This document shows positions 18,766-27,793 of a stretch of 64,000 bases of DNA, piece by piece (the first letter of the stretch is position 1; every line of letters begins with the position of its first letter). Below the pieces are notes generated by a model that was not told where the DNA came from, did no database searches, and was given only the letters and a program-made list of their open reading frames with translations. A program made the translations under genes and the position numbers. The DNA is from a virus: the IMG/VR virus record IMGVR_UViG_3300009414_000001, positions 25,821-89,820 of that record; one strand, written 5' to 3'.

Positions 18766-19770
18766 ATGGATCATAAACCTAACTTAACCGTTGTACATAG
18801 CAATGACCTTTCTGAATTTAGTTACTCTTTGTCCCTTGATGAATTGAGAATATTAAACTTAGCGCTAACAAAGGTTGACAGCAGAAAGTCCAAAACTGGC
18901 GTCATATCCATACATGCATCTGAGTTTGCAGAGATGTATGACCTAGACAGGCATAATGTTTATAGAAACATGCGCAATGCCTTGAAGGAGATTAACAGAA
19001 AACCGATCAAAGTGCCCTACCTTGATGACAACAACAAACCAAGAGTAAGAGAGAAAACTTGGCTAACAGATCTCGACTACTCTACCTTAGATGACTCTGA
19101 TGAAGTTTTTATTGAGTTCAACCCTTCTATTCATGAGTATCTATTCGAATTAAAATCAAACTTTACTTCACTTAATTTTCAGTATGTTAGCCAGTTAAAC
19201 ACTCCCTTTTCATTTAGATTATACCAATGGCTAAATAAGGCTAGGAATTTAAATAAACACCAAAAAGGCTCTACTGTGGAAGTTGAGTTAAATGTTGACT
19301 GGATGAAAACAGTGTCAGGCTTAGATGATAAGTACAATAGGTGGGGAGACTTTAAAGACAGAGTTATTCACCCTGCGGTAAATCAGATAAATTCTAAAAG
19401 CGACTTGTCGGTAATGTATGAACCGCTAAAACGCTCAAGGTCAATTTATGCAGTTAGATTTGTTTATATAGTTGAAGCAAGCACGCCAGAGTTTTCACCT
19501 CCAACAAGGCCACGACTCTCAAGGCGTCCAAAAGTAAAATCAGGAACTCACCTTGAGGGGGAGTGGATGCGAACAAACTTAGCTCTCTTACTTAAATATG
19601 AAAAGGATTTAAAAACTTATGATCCTTCTGCAAAACTAACCATGGCTGACCTAAAAAAAATAGCGCAATACTCATCAATATGTAGCCATCTTACCCATGA
19701 AAGGATCACCCAAGAGATAAAGCAAAGGCAAAATAAAAGGTTATCTAACGACAAAATAGAGATGAACTAA
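18766..19770 (+). CDS. repA: Rep_3 family plasmid replication initiator
   Basis: SNDL..SYSLSLDELRIL, YLFELK.NFT, FRLYQWL, DFKDRVI.PAV.QIN; flanking iterons. Confidence 0.92.
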   Translation: MDHKPNLTVVHSNDLSEFSYSLSLDELRILNLALTKVDSRKSKTGVISIHASEFAEMYDLDRHNVYRNMRNALKEINRKPIKVPYLDDNNKPRVREKTWLTDLDYSTLDDSDEVFIEFNPSIHEYLFELKSNFTSLNFQYVSQLNTPFSFRLYQWLNKARNLNKHQKGSTVEVELNVDWMKTVSGLDDKYNRWGDFKDRVIHPAVNQINSKSDLSVMYEPLKRSRSIYAVRFVYIVEASTPEFSPPTRPRLSRRPKVKSGTHLEGEWMRTNLALLLKYEKDLKTYDPSAKLTMADLKKIAQYSSICSHLTHERITQEIKQRQNKRLSNDKIEMN

Positions 19771-19936
19771 CGACAAAATAGAGATGAACTAACGACAATT
19801 TAGAGAACTTACCGCTAACAAAGCAGTTAAAACAGGATTACTAGCCACTTTTTTGGACAATAACCGCTCTTTGCAGGTCTATTCGTGCCTCTATATCCCT
19901 TTAGGTGTAAAACTCTCTCTAAATTGTCGTTAGTTG
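19742..19936. repeat. downstream copy-control (incA-like) iterons
   Basis: Three direct A-type iterons 19742-19807 and one inverted copy 19915-19936. Confidence 0.85.
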
Positions 19937-20101
19937 GGGTAATTCCCATAGCAACACACTTGGGCTGCCAATAAAAACACTATAGATTACAATGCACTAA
20001 TAATAACCCCTTCCGCTCTTATTTCGTGACAGTCACGTTTAAATTATTAAATTAGCGTGACTGTCACACCAACAACCCCAGTAAAAACACCTCGATTATC
20101 A

Positions 20102-20157
20102 TTATTGCGCTTCGCGCACTAAAAACTTATTGCGTATTGCGCACTAAGCTGTATACT
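20102..20157 (+). promoter_or_regulatory. promoter with tandem operators
   Basis: Two TTATTGCG-N4-GCGCACTAA repeats; TTGCGT-N16-TATACT. Confidence 0.55.
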
Positions 20158-20209
20158 GTACTTATCCCTTGCGCTAGGGTGGACTAATAAGTAAGAAAAG
20201 GAAGTTTAT

Positions 20210-20476
20210 ATGCTAATTTTAGATATTAATGACCTAGCTGGCGCAATTGATAAGTTATCAGAAACCGCAAAAGGTGATGTAGTTGATTTTATCGAAACTC
20301 TTATGAGTGTAGATAAGATAAGTGACCTAAGCTCAATGTACGATGATTTATCAATTAGTGGTAATGCTTTTAATTACGTTATTAAGGAAAACTATCAGCA
20401 TGTTGTATTTGCTGTTTCAGGTGAAATTAATAACGATAATGAAATAGAAGTACTAACACTGAAAAGCTATGACTAG
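20210..20476 (+). CDS. small acidic hypothetical protein
   Basis: AAGGA RBS, upstream promoter, downstream hairpin. Confidence 0.65.
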   Translation: MLILDINDLAGAIDKLSETAKGDVVDFIETLMSVDKISDLSSMYDDLSISGNAFNYVIKENYQHVVFAVSGEINNDNEIEVLTLKSYD

Positions 20477-20621
20477 GTTAAAGGTAGGTGTTATTTTAGC
20501 GCCTACCTTATTTAATTCCTAATCTGCTTAAAACCCGAATAACATTATAAAAAAATAATACTAATAAGCTTAAAAAGCGAAACATAAAACTATAAACATA
20601 GAGTAAAAAACAGGAGTAGCT

Positions 20622-20924
20622 ATGAATCGGTCAAATAGCGAATCAATGGCAGCACTAAGCAAAATAGGTTTAGTAATTACACCTAAAGGTGCAGGACATC
20701 ACGTTAGCAAATTTCTTAAAAGAAAAGGTATTTCAGCAAATAAAGCAGGGGAAACAATGGGCGTATCTGCCTCTACTGTTACCCGTCTTATCGGTGGTGG
20801 CTCTCTAACTGAGTCAATGGCAGCTAAATTAGCAGCGCACTATGATCTACCTATTACTATGCTTTTTAATTTAGAAGCAAGTTTTCACGCACACAATGCG
20901 GAAAGTCTATTAGCTACGGCTTAA
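20622..20924 (+). CDS. XRE/HigA-like HTH protein
   Basis: ISANKAGETMGVSASTVTRLIGG..LTESMAAKLA; AGGAG RBS. Confidence 0.75.
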   Translation: MNRSNSESMAALSKIGLVITPKGAGHHVSKFLKRKGISANKAGETMGVSASTVTRLIGGGSLTESMAAKLAAHYDLPITMLFNLEASFHAHNAESLLATA

Positions 20925-20989
20925 TTAAATAGACTTAAAACAAGCCTCTTTATTCACAAGATTAAAGGGGCTTTTTAATGTCTGAGAAT

Positions 20990-21079
20990 TTACTTTTTTG
21001 TTGTGCATCTGTAGCAATCACACCAAAGCGCATGACCATTTTTCTTTTTACGCTTCTTGGGTTTTTCTGGCTTTGGCAT
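20990..21079 (-). CDS. 29-aa basic Cys-containing peptide (not in ORF track)
   Basis: MPKPEKPKKRKKKNGHALWCDCYRCTTKK with GAGG RBS. Confidence 0.4.
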   Translation of the reverse strand: MPKPEKPKKRKKKNGHALWCDCYRCTTKK

Positions 21080-21095
21080 AGAAGCTCTACCTCAT

Positions 21096-21356
21096 TTAAT
21101 TAATACTACCTACAAACTCAAAACCGCACTTTACTTCGAATGAACCCCATTCAACCGTTTGATGCTCATGTGGTGGTGTTATCCTGATACAACTAACTGG
21201 TATTCCAGCCGCCAGCACTGCCAATAAACACTCTTCTAAAAACTCCTGAGAATCACGAAAAGCCGCTAACAGGTAGTTTTCAGGCGGACTAATAAACTCT
21301 GCACTTTCAAGCATCTCTTTACTTACGTTTTTCGATAAATATGGAGATATAGCCAT
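21096..21356 (-). CDS. hypothetical protein
   Basis: Packed ORF in array. Confidence 0.55.
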   Translation of the reverse strand: MAISPYLSKNVSKEMLESAEFISPPENYLLAAFRDSQEFLEECLLAVLAAGIPVSCIRITPPHEHQTVEWGSFEVKCGFEFVGSIN

Positions 21357-21365
21357 AAATCAGCC

Positions 21366-21728
21366 CTACTTAAAATAACGATTAAATACGGCGCTGTTAA
21401 TACCGTAAAATTTAGCAACATCATCGAGATGATAAAGATCAGGAAGCAGCTCACCTTTTTCAATTGCAAAATATGCTTCTTTGGTGATATTCATCGCCTT
21501 GGCAACATCTTCTAATTTTGCTCTTTTCTTAGCTCGTAGATTCCTTAGCAATACAACCAAAGTCATTAAATCATCTTTCGGCACCATGACTACTTTAACA
21601 GTGCTCTTGCATGGTGGTACGCAAGAAAAAGCGCTAATGATCATTTTCTTTTGCGCCTCTATAAACGCAAGAGTGTTCAATTCTTGTTTTGACGGATTTA
21701 TCGACTGAAATTGTAATGTTTTAGACAC
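21366..21728 (-). CDS. XRE-family HTH protein
   Basis: LRNLR..LEDVAKAMNITKEAYFAIEKG..PD. Confidence 0.75.
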   Translation of the reverse strand: MSKTLQFQSINPSKQELNTLAFIEAQKKMIISAFSCVPPCKSTVKVVMVPKDDLMTLVVLLRNLRAKKRAKLEDVAKAMNITKEAYFAIEKGELLPDLYHLDDVAKFYGINSAVFNRYFK

Positions 21729-21742
21729 TTCATATTTCCTAT

Positions 21743-21889
21743 TTAGATTTTTGCTAAACGCTTAGAACGATTTTTCTGCTCTCTTTGCTCTCGTTTTAGC
21801 TTTTTACTTGCAACATACTCGTCGTGTTCCTCAGAGTGTTTTTTGCCTTTTAACTTCGACATTAATCTGCCGTTTAGTTTCTTAGCCAT
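21743..21889 (-). CDS. small basic hypothetical protein
   Basis: Start at MAKKLN with AGGA RBS. Confidence 0.5.
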   Translation of the reverse strand: MAKKLNGRLMSKLKGKKHSEEHDEYVASKKLKREQREQKNRSKRLAKI

Positions 21890-21890
21890 T

Positions 21891-22055
21891 TCAACTTCCT
21901 TTTTTGTCGTATTTGCGTTTTTCATACCACTCATAGCCACAACCGTGGCATTTATAACCAATACATGTCATGCCGCTATAACGCTCGACAGGGAAATGTT
22001 CTTTGTTATTTTTCTTATGAATAAACACACCTTTCAACCAGTTAATTATTGTCAT
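21891..22055 (-). CDS. 54-aa zinc-ribbon-like protein (not in ORF track)
   Basis: MTIINW...YKCHGCGYEW; preceded by TAGGAATGGC leader. Confidence 0.55.
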   Translation of the reverse strand: MTIINWLKGVFIHKKNNKEHFPVERYSGMTCIGYKCHGCGYEWYEKRKYDKKGS

Positions 22056-22077
22056 TTGCCATTCCTATATTAAAAAT

Positions 22078-22326
22078 TTAACGTGCGCCAGTTTCATCTT
22101 TAAATTTTAACTGCCCCGTAACCCGTCTTTTAGACGCATTTATTTCATCTTGAGAATAACGACCAAAACACCACCTTTTAAATTCTGACCATTGCCTAGC
22201 AGCTTGAGAATTATCACTAAACTCTGACTCTTGATAATACTGCTTCAACCTACCATCAAGAGCCAATATTGCCTCATCAACTTTGAATGTTTGTAGGTAT
22301 TGGCTTTCAAAGCTTTCCTTATTCAT
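22078..22326 (-). CDS. hypothetical protein
   Basis: TAGGAAACGGC leader. Confidence 0.6.
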   Translation of the reverse strand: MNKESFESQYLQTFKVDEAILALDGRLKQYYQESEFSDNSQAARQWSEFKRWCFGRYSQDEINASKRRVTGQLKFKDETGAR

Positions 22327-22341
22327 AAGTGCCGTTTCCTA

Positions 22342-22641
22342 TTACTCGTCCCACTCGCTACGGGGTGGAATATTTATATTTTCTAAATCTTCAATATGCA
22401 TACCTAGCTCTGACGCATCTTCACGACTTAGACCTATTTCATTTAGATATTTAACATCAATATCAATACAGTCATTACACAACAATGAGCGCAATAACGA
22501 CCGAAACCTAGCAGAGCGATCAAACTCGTCACCAATGCCTACGCTTATCACTTTGTGAGTTTTACCTTCGTGCTGAATTTCTCTAGCAAAAGTATCAAGA
22601 CCAACGACTGAAAGAGTCATTAAATTTGTATCTTCGGACAT
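22342..22641 (-). CDS. hypothetical protein
   Basis: TAGGAAAC leader. Confidence 0.6.
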   Translation of the reverse strand: MSEDTNLMTLSVVGLDTFAREIQHEGKTHKVISVGIGDEFDRSARFRSLLRSLLCNDCIDIDVKYLNEIGLSREDASELGMHIEDLENINIPPRSEWDE

Positions 22642-22656
22642 AAAAAAAGTTTCCTA

Positions 22657-22947
22657 TTAAGATAAAAAGCGCTTAACGCACTCTTTGGTTGTTAAAAATC
22701 TTTCATTTTCGCCTGCTCGATTACAGCAAAGGAAAGGCTCTAGCTCTTCACTAGGTAAAGCACTAGTTCCATACAGCTGCGCCCTCTTTAACCTTTCGTC
22801 TAATCGCTCCAAACCATTAGAGCCTTGTTCTTCTTTTATCAATGAAGTTAGTTGCTCCAAAGTTATCGAAGACACAAACCTAAAGCCGTCACTAATAGTG
22901 CAGTAGAAGTTGTATTTACCTTTGTGGTGACAAATAATCTGAGCCAT
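22657..22947 (-). CDS. conserved-looking phage hypothetical protein
   Basis: RL.RA..YGTS, CNRAGENE..L motifs; TAGGAAG leader. Confidence 0.65.
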   Translation of the reverse strand: MAQIICHHKGKYNFYCTISDGFRFVSSITLEQLTSLIKEEQGSNGLERLDERLKRAQLYGTSALPSEELEPFLCCNRAGENERFLTTKECVKRFLS

Positions 22948-22962
22948 TTCGCTTCCTATACG

Positions 22963-23118
22963 TTATTGATGATCACAATCTTGGCAAGGCTCACCAAATA
23001 CAACATCTGAGTACTTACAAATATTGCAAGGGAATGAGAAGCTATGCGGTGACTGCTTTTCGTGCTCAAAATTACTTTTCTCAACCTTTAATACTTCTAT
23101 TAAATCCATGTTATCCAT
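22963..23118 (-). CDS. 51-aa CxxC..CxxC protein (not in ORF track)
   Basis: PCNICKY..PCQDCDH; TAGGAAG leader. Confidence 0.55.
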   Translation of the reverse strand: MDNMDLIEVLKVEKSNFEHEKQSPHSFSFPCNICKYSDVVFGEPCQDCDHQ

Positions 23119-23130
23119 TTTACTTCCTAC

Positions 23131-23220
23131 TTAACCTTCGTTTGTTGGTGTCGCTGCTTTAGGGTGAAATAAAGCTCTGTTAACTGCTATCGAAATTAGT
23201 GATTTCTTAAAAAAATACAT
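23131..23220 (-). CDS. 29-aa peptide (not in ORF track)
   Basis: TAGGAAAC leader; fills gap between two leaders exactly. Confidence 0.35.
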   Translation of the reverse strand: MYFFKKSLISIAVNRALFHPKAATPTNEG

Positions 23221-23232
23221 ATGTGCTGTTTC

Positions 23233-23727
23233 CTACACTAAGTTAGTTAGTGAATTAAGTTTTAATTTAACCCTATGCGCAGCATGATTTGATAACCCTG
23301 CATAAGCATCTGTATGTATGAAATGCTCAGCTTGTTCAAGTAACATATCTGAGCTGTCATCAATGATCACATACTGCTTAAAATTGAATGAATCAGCACC
23401 TAGAACCTCTTTATTTTCATAAAGCCATGCTTTGATCTCGTTCCCACGAACAGAATGCTGGCCTAGATGTGGCGTTTGACCAACTACCTCACCCGTAACA
23501 CCGAATACTTTAAGCATTTTTTTGTTTTCGCCTAACCCTGAACATCTCCAAGCTGAACTAATAACAATTTTTGCACCCGTTTCGTCAGTGATTTTATTAA
23601 GATTTTCAACTAGTGATTTATTCATCCAACCATAAGGCAGAACTTTTAAAACGTCAGAACTTTCGCTATTTGAAGCTACTAGCGCCTTATTCAAAACGCC
23701 GTCAATATCTAAGAAAATAATACGCAT
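23233..23727 (-). CDS. HAD-domain protein (Swiss Army Knife RNA-repair type)
   Basis: IFLDIDGVLN, IVISSAWR, RGNEI..WL, YVIIDD. Confidence 0.85.
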   Translation of the reverse strand: MRIIFLDIDGVLNKALVASNSESSDVLKVLPYGWMNKSLVENLNKITDETGAKIVISSAWRCSGLGENKKMLKVFGVTGEVVGQTPHLGQHSVRGNEIKAWLYENKEVLGADSFNFKQYVIIDDSSDMLLEQAEHFIHTDAYAGLSNHAAHRVKLKLNSLTNLV

Positions 23728-23730
23728 AAT

Positions 23731-23937
23731 TTACCCTGTAATTTTGAGGTTATATTTTTTCTCAAAAGCTTTAATCAAACCCTCTTCATGGGTTTTACGT
23801 TGAAAAGAGTAATCAACACAATCAGTACACTTAATTCTACTAAAACCTTGCTCCCTGCTTGATTCGATAGATAAAGCCATGAAGTCAGCGCCACAATCAG
23901 GGCAAGGAATGTCGGATAATTGTTCATACTTGAGCAT
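23731..23937 (-). CDS. zinc-ribbon protein
   Basis: CPDCG...CTDC. Confidence 0.6.
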   Translation of the reverse strand: MLKYEQLSDIPCPDCGADFMALSIESSREQGFSRIKCTDCVDYSFQRKTHEEGLIKAFEKKYNLKITG

Positions 23938-23955
23938 GGAACGGCTTCCTTTTTT

Positions 23956-24078
23956 TTAAAAATCAACACTCACATGAGTAAAGAACCAGTACAGCAGCTC
24001 GCACGCTTTCCATACACCAAGCGATAAAAGAATGATAACTATCCATATCGCTTTAGGTGAAATATCAAAATTAACCAC
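23956..24078 (-). CDS. 40-aa membrane peptide (not in ORF track)
   Basis: GTG start, one TM segment, fills intergenic gap. Confidence 0.45.
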   Translation of the reverse strand: MVNFDISPKAIWIVIILLSLGVWKACELLYWFFTHVSVDF

Positions 24079-24345
24079 TTAAATATCCTTACTGATCAAC
24101 TGACCGTCTAGCTGAGCATTGGCCTTCAATGAAGCTAGGCGCTCTTTTGCGTCATTTACTGATGTAGCCCAAAGCGTGAAACTCATTTTTCGCTGTCTCT
24201 CGTCTTTGTAGCTGTAGGTGTATTCAAACCAAGTGATGTTATCGTCATCGATAAAGGTACACTGTGGATCGGGTGCGTTTTTCTTTGCTGAAAAATCACT
24301 AATGCTAGTTACGTTATTTTTACTCATTTTGGCTTTATTGCTCAT
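24079..24345 (-). CDS. hypothetical protein
   Basis: FTLWATS..DAKERL.SLK.NA.LDGQL motif. Confidence 0.6.
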   Translation of the reverse strand: MSNKAKMSKNNVTSISDFSAKKNAPDPQCTFIDDDNITWFEYTYSYKDERQRKMSFTLWATSVNDAKERLASLKANAQLDGQLISKDI

Positions 24346-24538
24346 TTATCATATTTGGGGTTTCCATTTGGCTGTTTTGAATGGCTATCGTGATAATAGA
24401 ACCCCAACCAAGTAGAGCAATTGTAAATGTAGCGAGCAGGAATTTTTTTGCATTTGCGTTAAGTGTTGACCAGTTAACAAAGTCCAATACAACGGATGTC
24501 GTGAGGAAGAAGTTGAGCACACCAAAAAATAAAAACAT
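24335..24538 (-). CDS. small membrane protein
   Basis: Two hydrophobic segments; AAGGA RBS. Confidence 0.5.
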   Translation of the reverse strand: MFLFFGVLNFFLTTSVVLDFVNWSTLNANAKKFLLATFTIALLGWGSIITIAIQNSQMETPNMINEQ

Positions 24539-24552
24539 AACAATCCTTTTAA

Positions 24553-25386
24553 TTAGTAATTTTCAGAGCGAAGCATCATTGCTAATCGCCCAGTAACCTT
24601 ATTCATACAAACCTCATAGCTGATGTTTGCATCATTAATGCAGTCGATAGCCTTTTGAAGCTCTTGGGCTTTAAAGTCTTTTACCTTTTTACGTGTAGAG
24701 CCTGAGAGTTCGTGCAGCTGCTTGGCGTTAGGGGTAAATCGACCGTCATATTTATTACTGGCAATAAAGGCGTGAATGAATTTAGCTAATGAATTGCCGC
24801 TTAAGGCTTTTCTTTCATAGCTATCTATTCTCGCAAAGCCACCACCACCAAATAACTCATTTAAGCCGTGAGGCAGCACAATCGACCAATCTCTTGATAC
24901 TCGTCTTGTGCCTTTTCCGTCTTCGTCGGTGATGTAAATACTGTATTCAGAAATGAGGTTGAAGCTAAACTGGCGGTTAGTTGTTTCGTTATTACCGATG
25001 TAGCGAATAACATTGCCACTCACTGCGGTATTACGAAGATGGTCTAAGCAATCAATTATCTTTTTTCGGTATCTAGTCTGTAAAGGCCAACCAAGTGAGT
25101 GCAATAATTCAGAACGAGTAAATGAAATAACTTCGCCAGTGTTAACTTTTTTACTTAAATGCAGCAGCTCTAAATAGACATCCAAATCATCTTGATTTAA
25201 GCCAAAGCCATGGTAATTAACTGTGGTTACACCTTGCTTATTGCTATCAGAGAATATCGTTGACGGCTTGATGCAGCCCTCTCTTTTTCTATTGCCACGA
25301 ACTGCAAATAATCCACATTTTATAAATTCTCTTGGTATGGCTCTTTCACCATTTTTCCAGAAAACAATATTAGGTTGCGCTGACAT
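24553..25386 (-). CDS. TrfA-like replication initiator
   Basis: IP..F.KCGLF, Y.G..LNQDDLDVYLELL, SELLHSLGW, LAKFIHAFI.S; start at MSAQPN. Confidence 0.75.
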   Translation of the reverse strand: MSAQPNIVFWKNGERAIPREFIKCGLFAVRGNRKREGCIKPSTIFSDSNKQGVTTVNYHGFGLNQDDLDVYLELLHLSKKVNTGEVISFTRSELLHSLGWPLQTRYRKKIIDCLDHLRNTAVSGNVIRYIGNNETTNRQFSFNLISEYSIYITDEDGKGTRRVSRDWSIVLPHGLNELFGGGGFARIDSYERKALSGNSLAKFIHAFIASNKYDGRFTPNAKQLHELSGSTRKKVKDFKAQELQKAIDCINDANISYEVCMNKVTGRLAMMLRSENY

Positions 25387-25434
25387 ATACCGCTCATTTT
25401 TTTTATTTTGATATCTATTTATAACACAGGATAC

Positions 25435-25479
25435 CCTAACAAATAAAATATTTTTATTAATTTGCTTTATTTTGTTAGG
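25435..25479. promoter_or_regulatory. paired, inverted C1-type operators in divergent promoter region
   Basis: CCTAACAAATAAA (25435) and TTTATTTTGTTAGG (ending 25479). Confidence 0.6.
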
Positions 25480-25547
25480 ATGTTGTGAGATTATCAAAAT
25501 CGCAAAAAGGCACGAATGCCGATTAATAGCTATAGAAGGGCTTACTC

Positions 25548-25742
25548 ATGACTACAAAGCAAATACCACTAAATACCGTAATAACCTTTAAGAATCTTTC
25601 TGAAATTAAAGAGGAGTACGGTAGTGATGCCGTAGCTGAGTTTTATGCAGATAAGAAAAAAATGTTAGTACAGCAAGGTATGGTTTCCAATGGTGGTTTT
25701 GCGGCGAGTCCGTTAACTACAAAAAAAGGAAATGCTCACTAA
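25548..25742 (+). CDS. hypothetical protein
   Basis: First gene of operon; TAATG coupling. Confidence 0.55.
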   Translation: MTTKQIPLNTVITFKNLSEIKEEYGSDAVAEFYADKKKMLVQQGMVSNGGFAASPLTTKKGNAH

Positions 25743-25945
25743 TGCTCGTACTAAGCAGAAAAATAGGCAATGCCGACCAGTCAAAAATTACCGTCTTCAC
25801 GCCAACAGGTGACAAAATTGTTTTTTGCGCCTTAAGCATGAAAGGAAATTCCGTACAGGTGGGCATTGAAGCCCCTAAACCTTATACGGTAATACGAAAT
25901 GAATTGCTTGACAAAAATGGAGATCCTAAAAGACCTCTCAGATAA
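25742..25945 (+). CDS. csrA: CsrA/RsmA-like RNA-binding protein
   Basis: MLVLSRKIG...VQVGIEAPK...VIRNEL. Confidence 0.85.
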   Translation: MLVLSRKIGNADQSKITVFTPTGDKIVFCALSMKGNSVQVGIEAPKPYTVIRNELLDKNGDPKRPLR

Positions 25946-26456
25946 AACGGGCGTCAATGGTGGCATCAGCGTGAACAAATCGGGTTCGCGCTATCTCACT
26001 TATTATGTGAATACCACTGATAAATCAATCAGCGACAAACCCTCTAAAGGTTTCTGTGTTGGCGTTGAAATCAAAGTAACCGAAGAAAGAGCACAGCATG
26101 CATTAAAATCAGCATACGCTTATCGGGAAGTTTACGAAACAGCAAGAAAAAACAACACAAAATTTGACAGTAATATATTTAAAGACTGGCGAAAGCGTTT
26201 TGTTTATGCGCCAGAGCTAGACGGAAAGATAACGCCTTTCGGTGAAAAAATAACAGTAGTGAAGGCTTACCCTTTAACGCTTTTGATCACAGGGAGTACG
26301 TCTATTTCTGAGTCACTGGGTAACTGCTTGGCTGACTCATTAAGAGGCTCGAAAATAAAATGCACAGCCCCTCACAAAAACAAGGGGGCTAAGGCGATGA
26401 CATTAGGCGACAAACCCTTAACCTTTTATATCGGTGACGGTTGCGAGGTTGCGTAG
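25917..26456 (+). CDS. hypothetical protein, possible AP2-like DNA-binding domain
   Basis: KTGVNG.IS..., KGFCVG..A...AYAYR. Confidence 0.5.
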   Translation: MEILKDLSDKTGVNGGISVNKSGSRYLTYYVNTTDKSISDKPSKGFCVGVEIKVTEERAQHALKSAYAYREVYETARKNNTKFDSNIFKDWRKRFVYAPELDGKITPFGEKITVVKAYPLTLLITGSTSISESLGNCLADSLRGSKIKCTAPHKNKGAKAMTLGDKPLTFYIGDGCEVA

Positions 26457-26792
26457 ATGTCGAAAAAGCCCCTTAGCAAGCAAGCAAAAACACGAAACGC
26501 TGTTATCAAGTATTTGATTAGTCATGGCGAGTATAAAACGCCAAAGGAAATCGAAAAGGCCATAGGGATTAGTAGAGAAAAAATAACACGCTCTATTTCC
26601 GATATCAGGCAATGCGAAGATTATATAACGCTTAGCCTGATCAAGCCTTTTCGAGTTCGACTAAAAAGCGTAGCTAAGCAGGATGAATTGTGGCGAACCG
26701 CTCTAAATATTAGAGCGCCAGCGAAGGCAGGAAAAACTAAAAATGAATCATGTACAAAAAACACCTCTAAAGTACGTAGGCGGAAAAGCTAG
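26457..26792 (+). CDS. winged-HTH protein
   Basis: TPKEIEKAIGISREKITRSISDI. Confidence 0.65.
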   Translation: MSKKPLSKQAKTRNAVIKYLISHGEYKTPKEIEKAIGISREKITRSISDIRQCEDYITLSLIKPFRVRLKSVAKQDELWRTALNIRAPAKAGKTKNESCTKNTSKVRRRKS

Positions 26793-27570
26793 GCTCTACG
26801 ATAAAATAAAGCCTTATTTTCTGAGTTCTAAAAAACAAGCCATTGCAGAGCCGTTTGCTGGCGCTGCTGCAACCTTCTTTTTATTATCAAAAGAAGGTTT
26901 ACTGACTGAGCCATCATTGCTTAACGACTTAAGCTCTCCTTTAATTGATTTTTACGAAGAGCTAAAAACCAACCCTCTTGAGCTTAGTAGTGCCTTAACA
27001 CAATTCTCTGACTACCATAGTGAGCGCTTCTACTATCACGTTAGGGAATGGGATAGATATGATCAATGCACAAGCCAGCAGCTAGCCGCTCGTTATTATT
27101 ACATCAATAGAATTGGCTACAATGGATTGTACAGAGTCAACGGCGACAACCAATGTAATACACCATGGGGGCAGCGAAAGTCTTTTAATGTAAATCAGCA
27201 AAATTTAAACTGGGCTTCTAAGACACTACAGGGTGCTGTACTAGATAGCGCGCAGTATGATAGCTTGCCGATTACTAACGATAAATTCTACCTTATCGAT
27301 CCGCCTTATTATGACACTTTTGACGGCTATACAAACACAAGGGCAGACAAAGCCTTCTATGAACGGTTAAAAGCCTTTATTGACGCACTCAACGCCATCG
27401 GCGCGCCTTTTTTACTAACAAACTCAAACAATACCTTCATTCAAGAGTTGTTTTCAGAATACAGGCAGCAAGTCGTTAATATCACTTATAGTGTTTCTGG
27501 CAAAGTGTCAGGTCGAAAACCTACTACTGAATTATTCATTTCAAACATTGAGATCAACCATGACAACTAA
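26743..27570 (+). CDS. dam: Dam-family DNA adenine methyltransferase
   Basis: PLKYVGGK, EPFAG, YNGLYRVN, DPPY. Confidence 0.9.
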   Translation: MNHVQKTPLKYVGGKARLYDKIKPYFLSSKKQAIAEPFAGAAATFFLLSKEGLLTEPSLLNDLSSPLIDFYEELKTNPLELSSALTQFSDYHSERFYYHVREWDRYDQCTSQQLAARYYYINRIGYNGLYRVNGDNQCNTPWGQRKSFNVNQQNLNWASKTLQGAVLDSAQYDSLPITNDKFYLIDPPYYDTFDGYTNTRADKAFYERLKAFIDALNAIGAPFLLTNSNNTFIQELFSEYRQQVVNITYSVSGKVSGRKPTTELFISNIEINHDN

Positions 27571-27793
27571 AAAAAAGAAAAGTAACAAAGAAATAAACGA
27601 CAGCAAAGGTTACATTTTTAGTGTCGAGGGCGGAAAAAGAAAATGCGCAAGAGAGTCAGGTGAGGAAAGAAAAAAGAGCAGACCTAACGAGGAAACTATT
27701 AAAGCAAGGGAGCGCAGAGAGAAGCTTGATAGCATTGCGAGGAAAAAGGAACTCTTGTCGCTTGAGCAAGAGTTCGACTATCTTGATTATTAA
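27560..27793 (+). CDS. small basic hypothetical protein
   Basis: Start at MTTKKK, overlaps dam stop. Confidence 0.5.
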   Translation: MTTKKKKSNKEINDSKGYIFSVEGGKRKCARESGEERKKSRPNEETIKARERREKLDSIARKKELLSLEQEFDYLDY

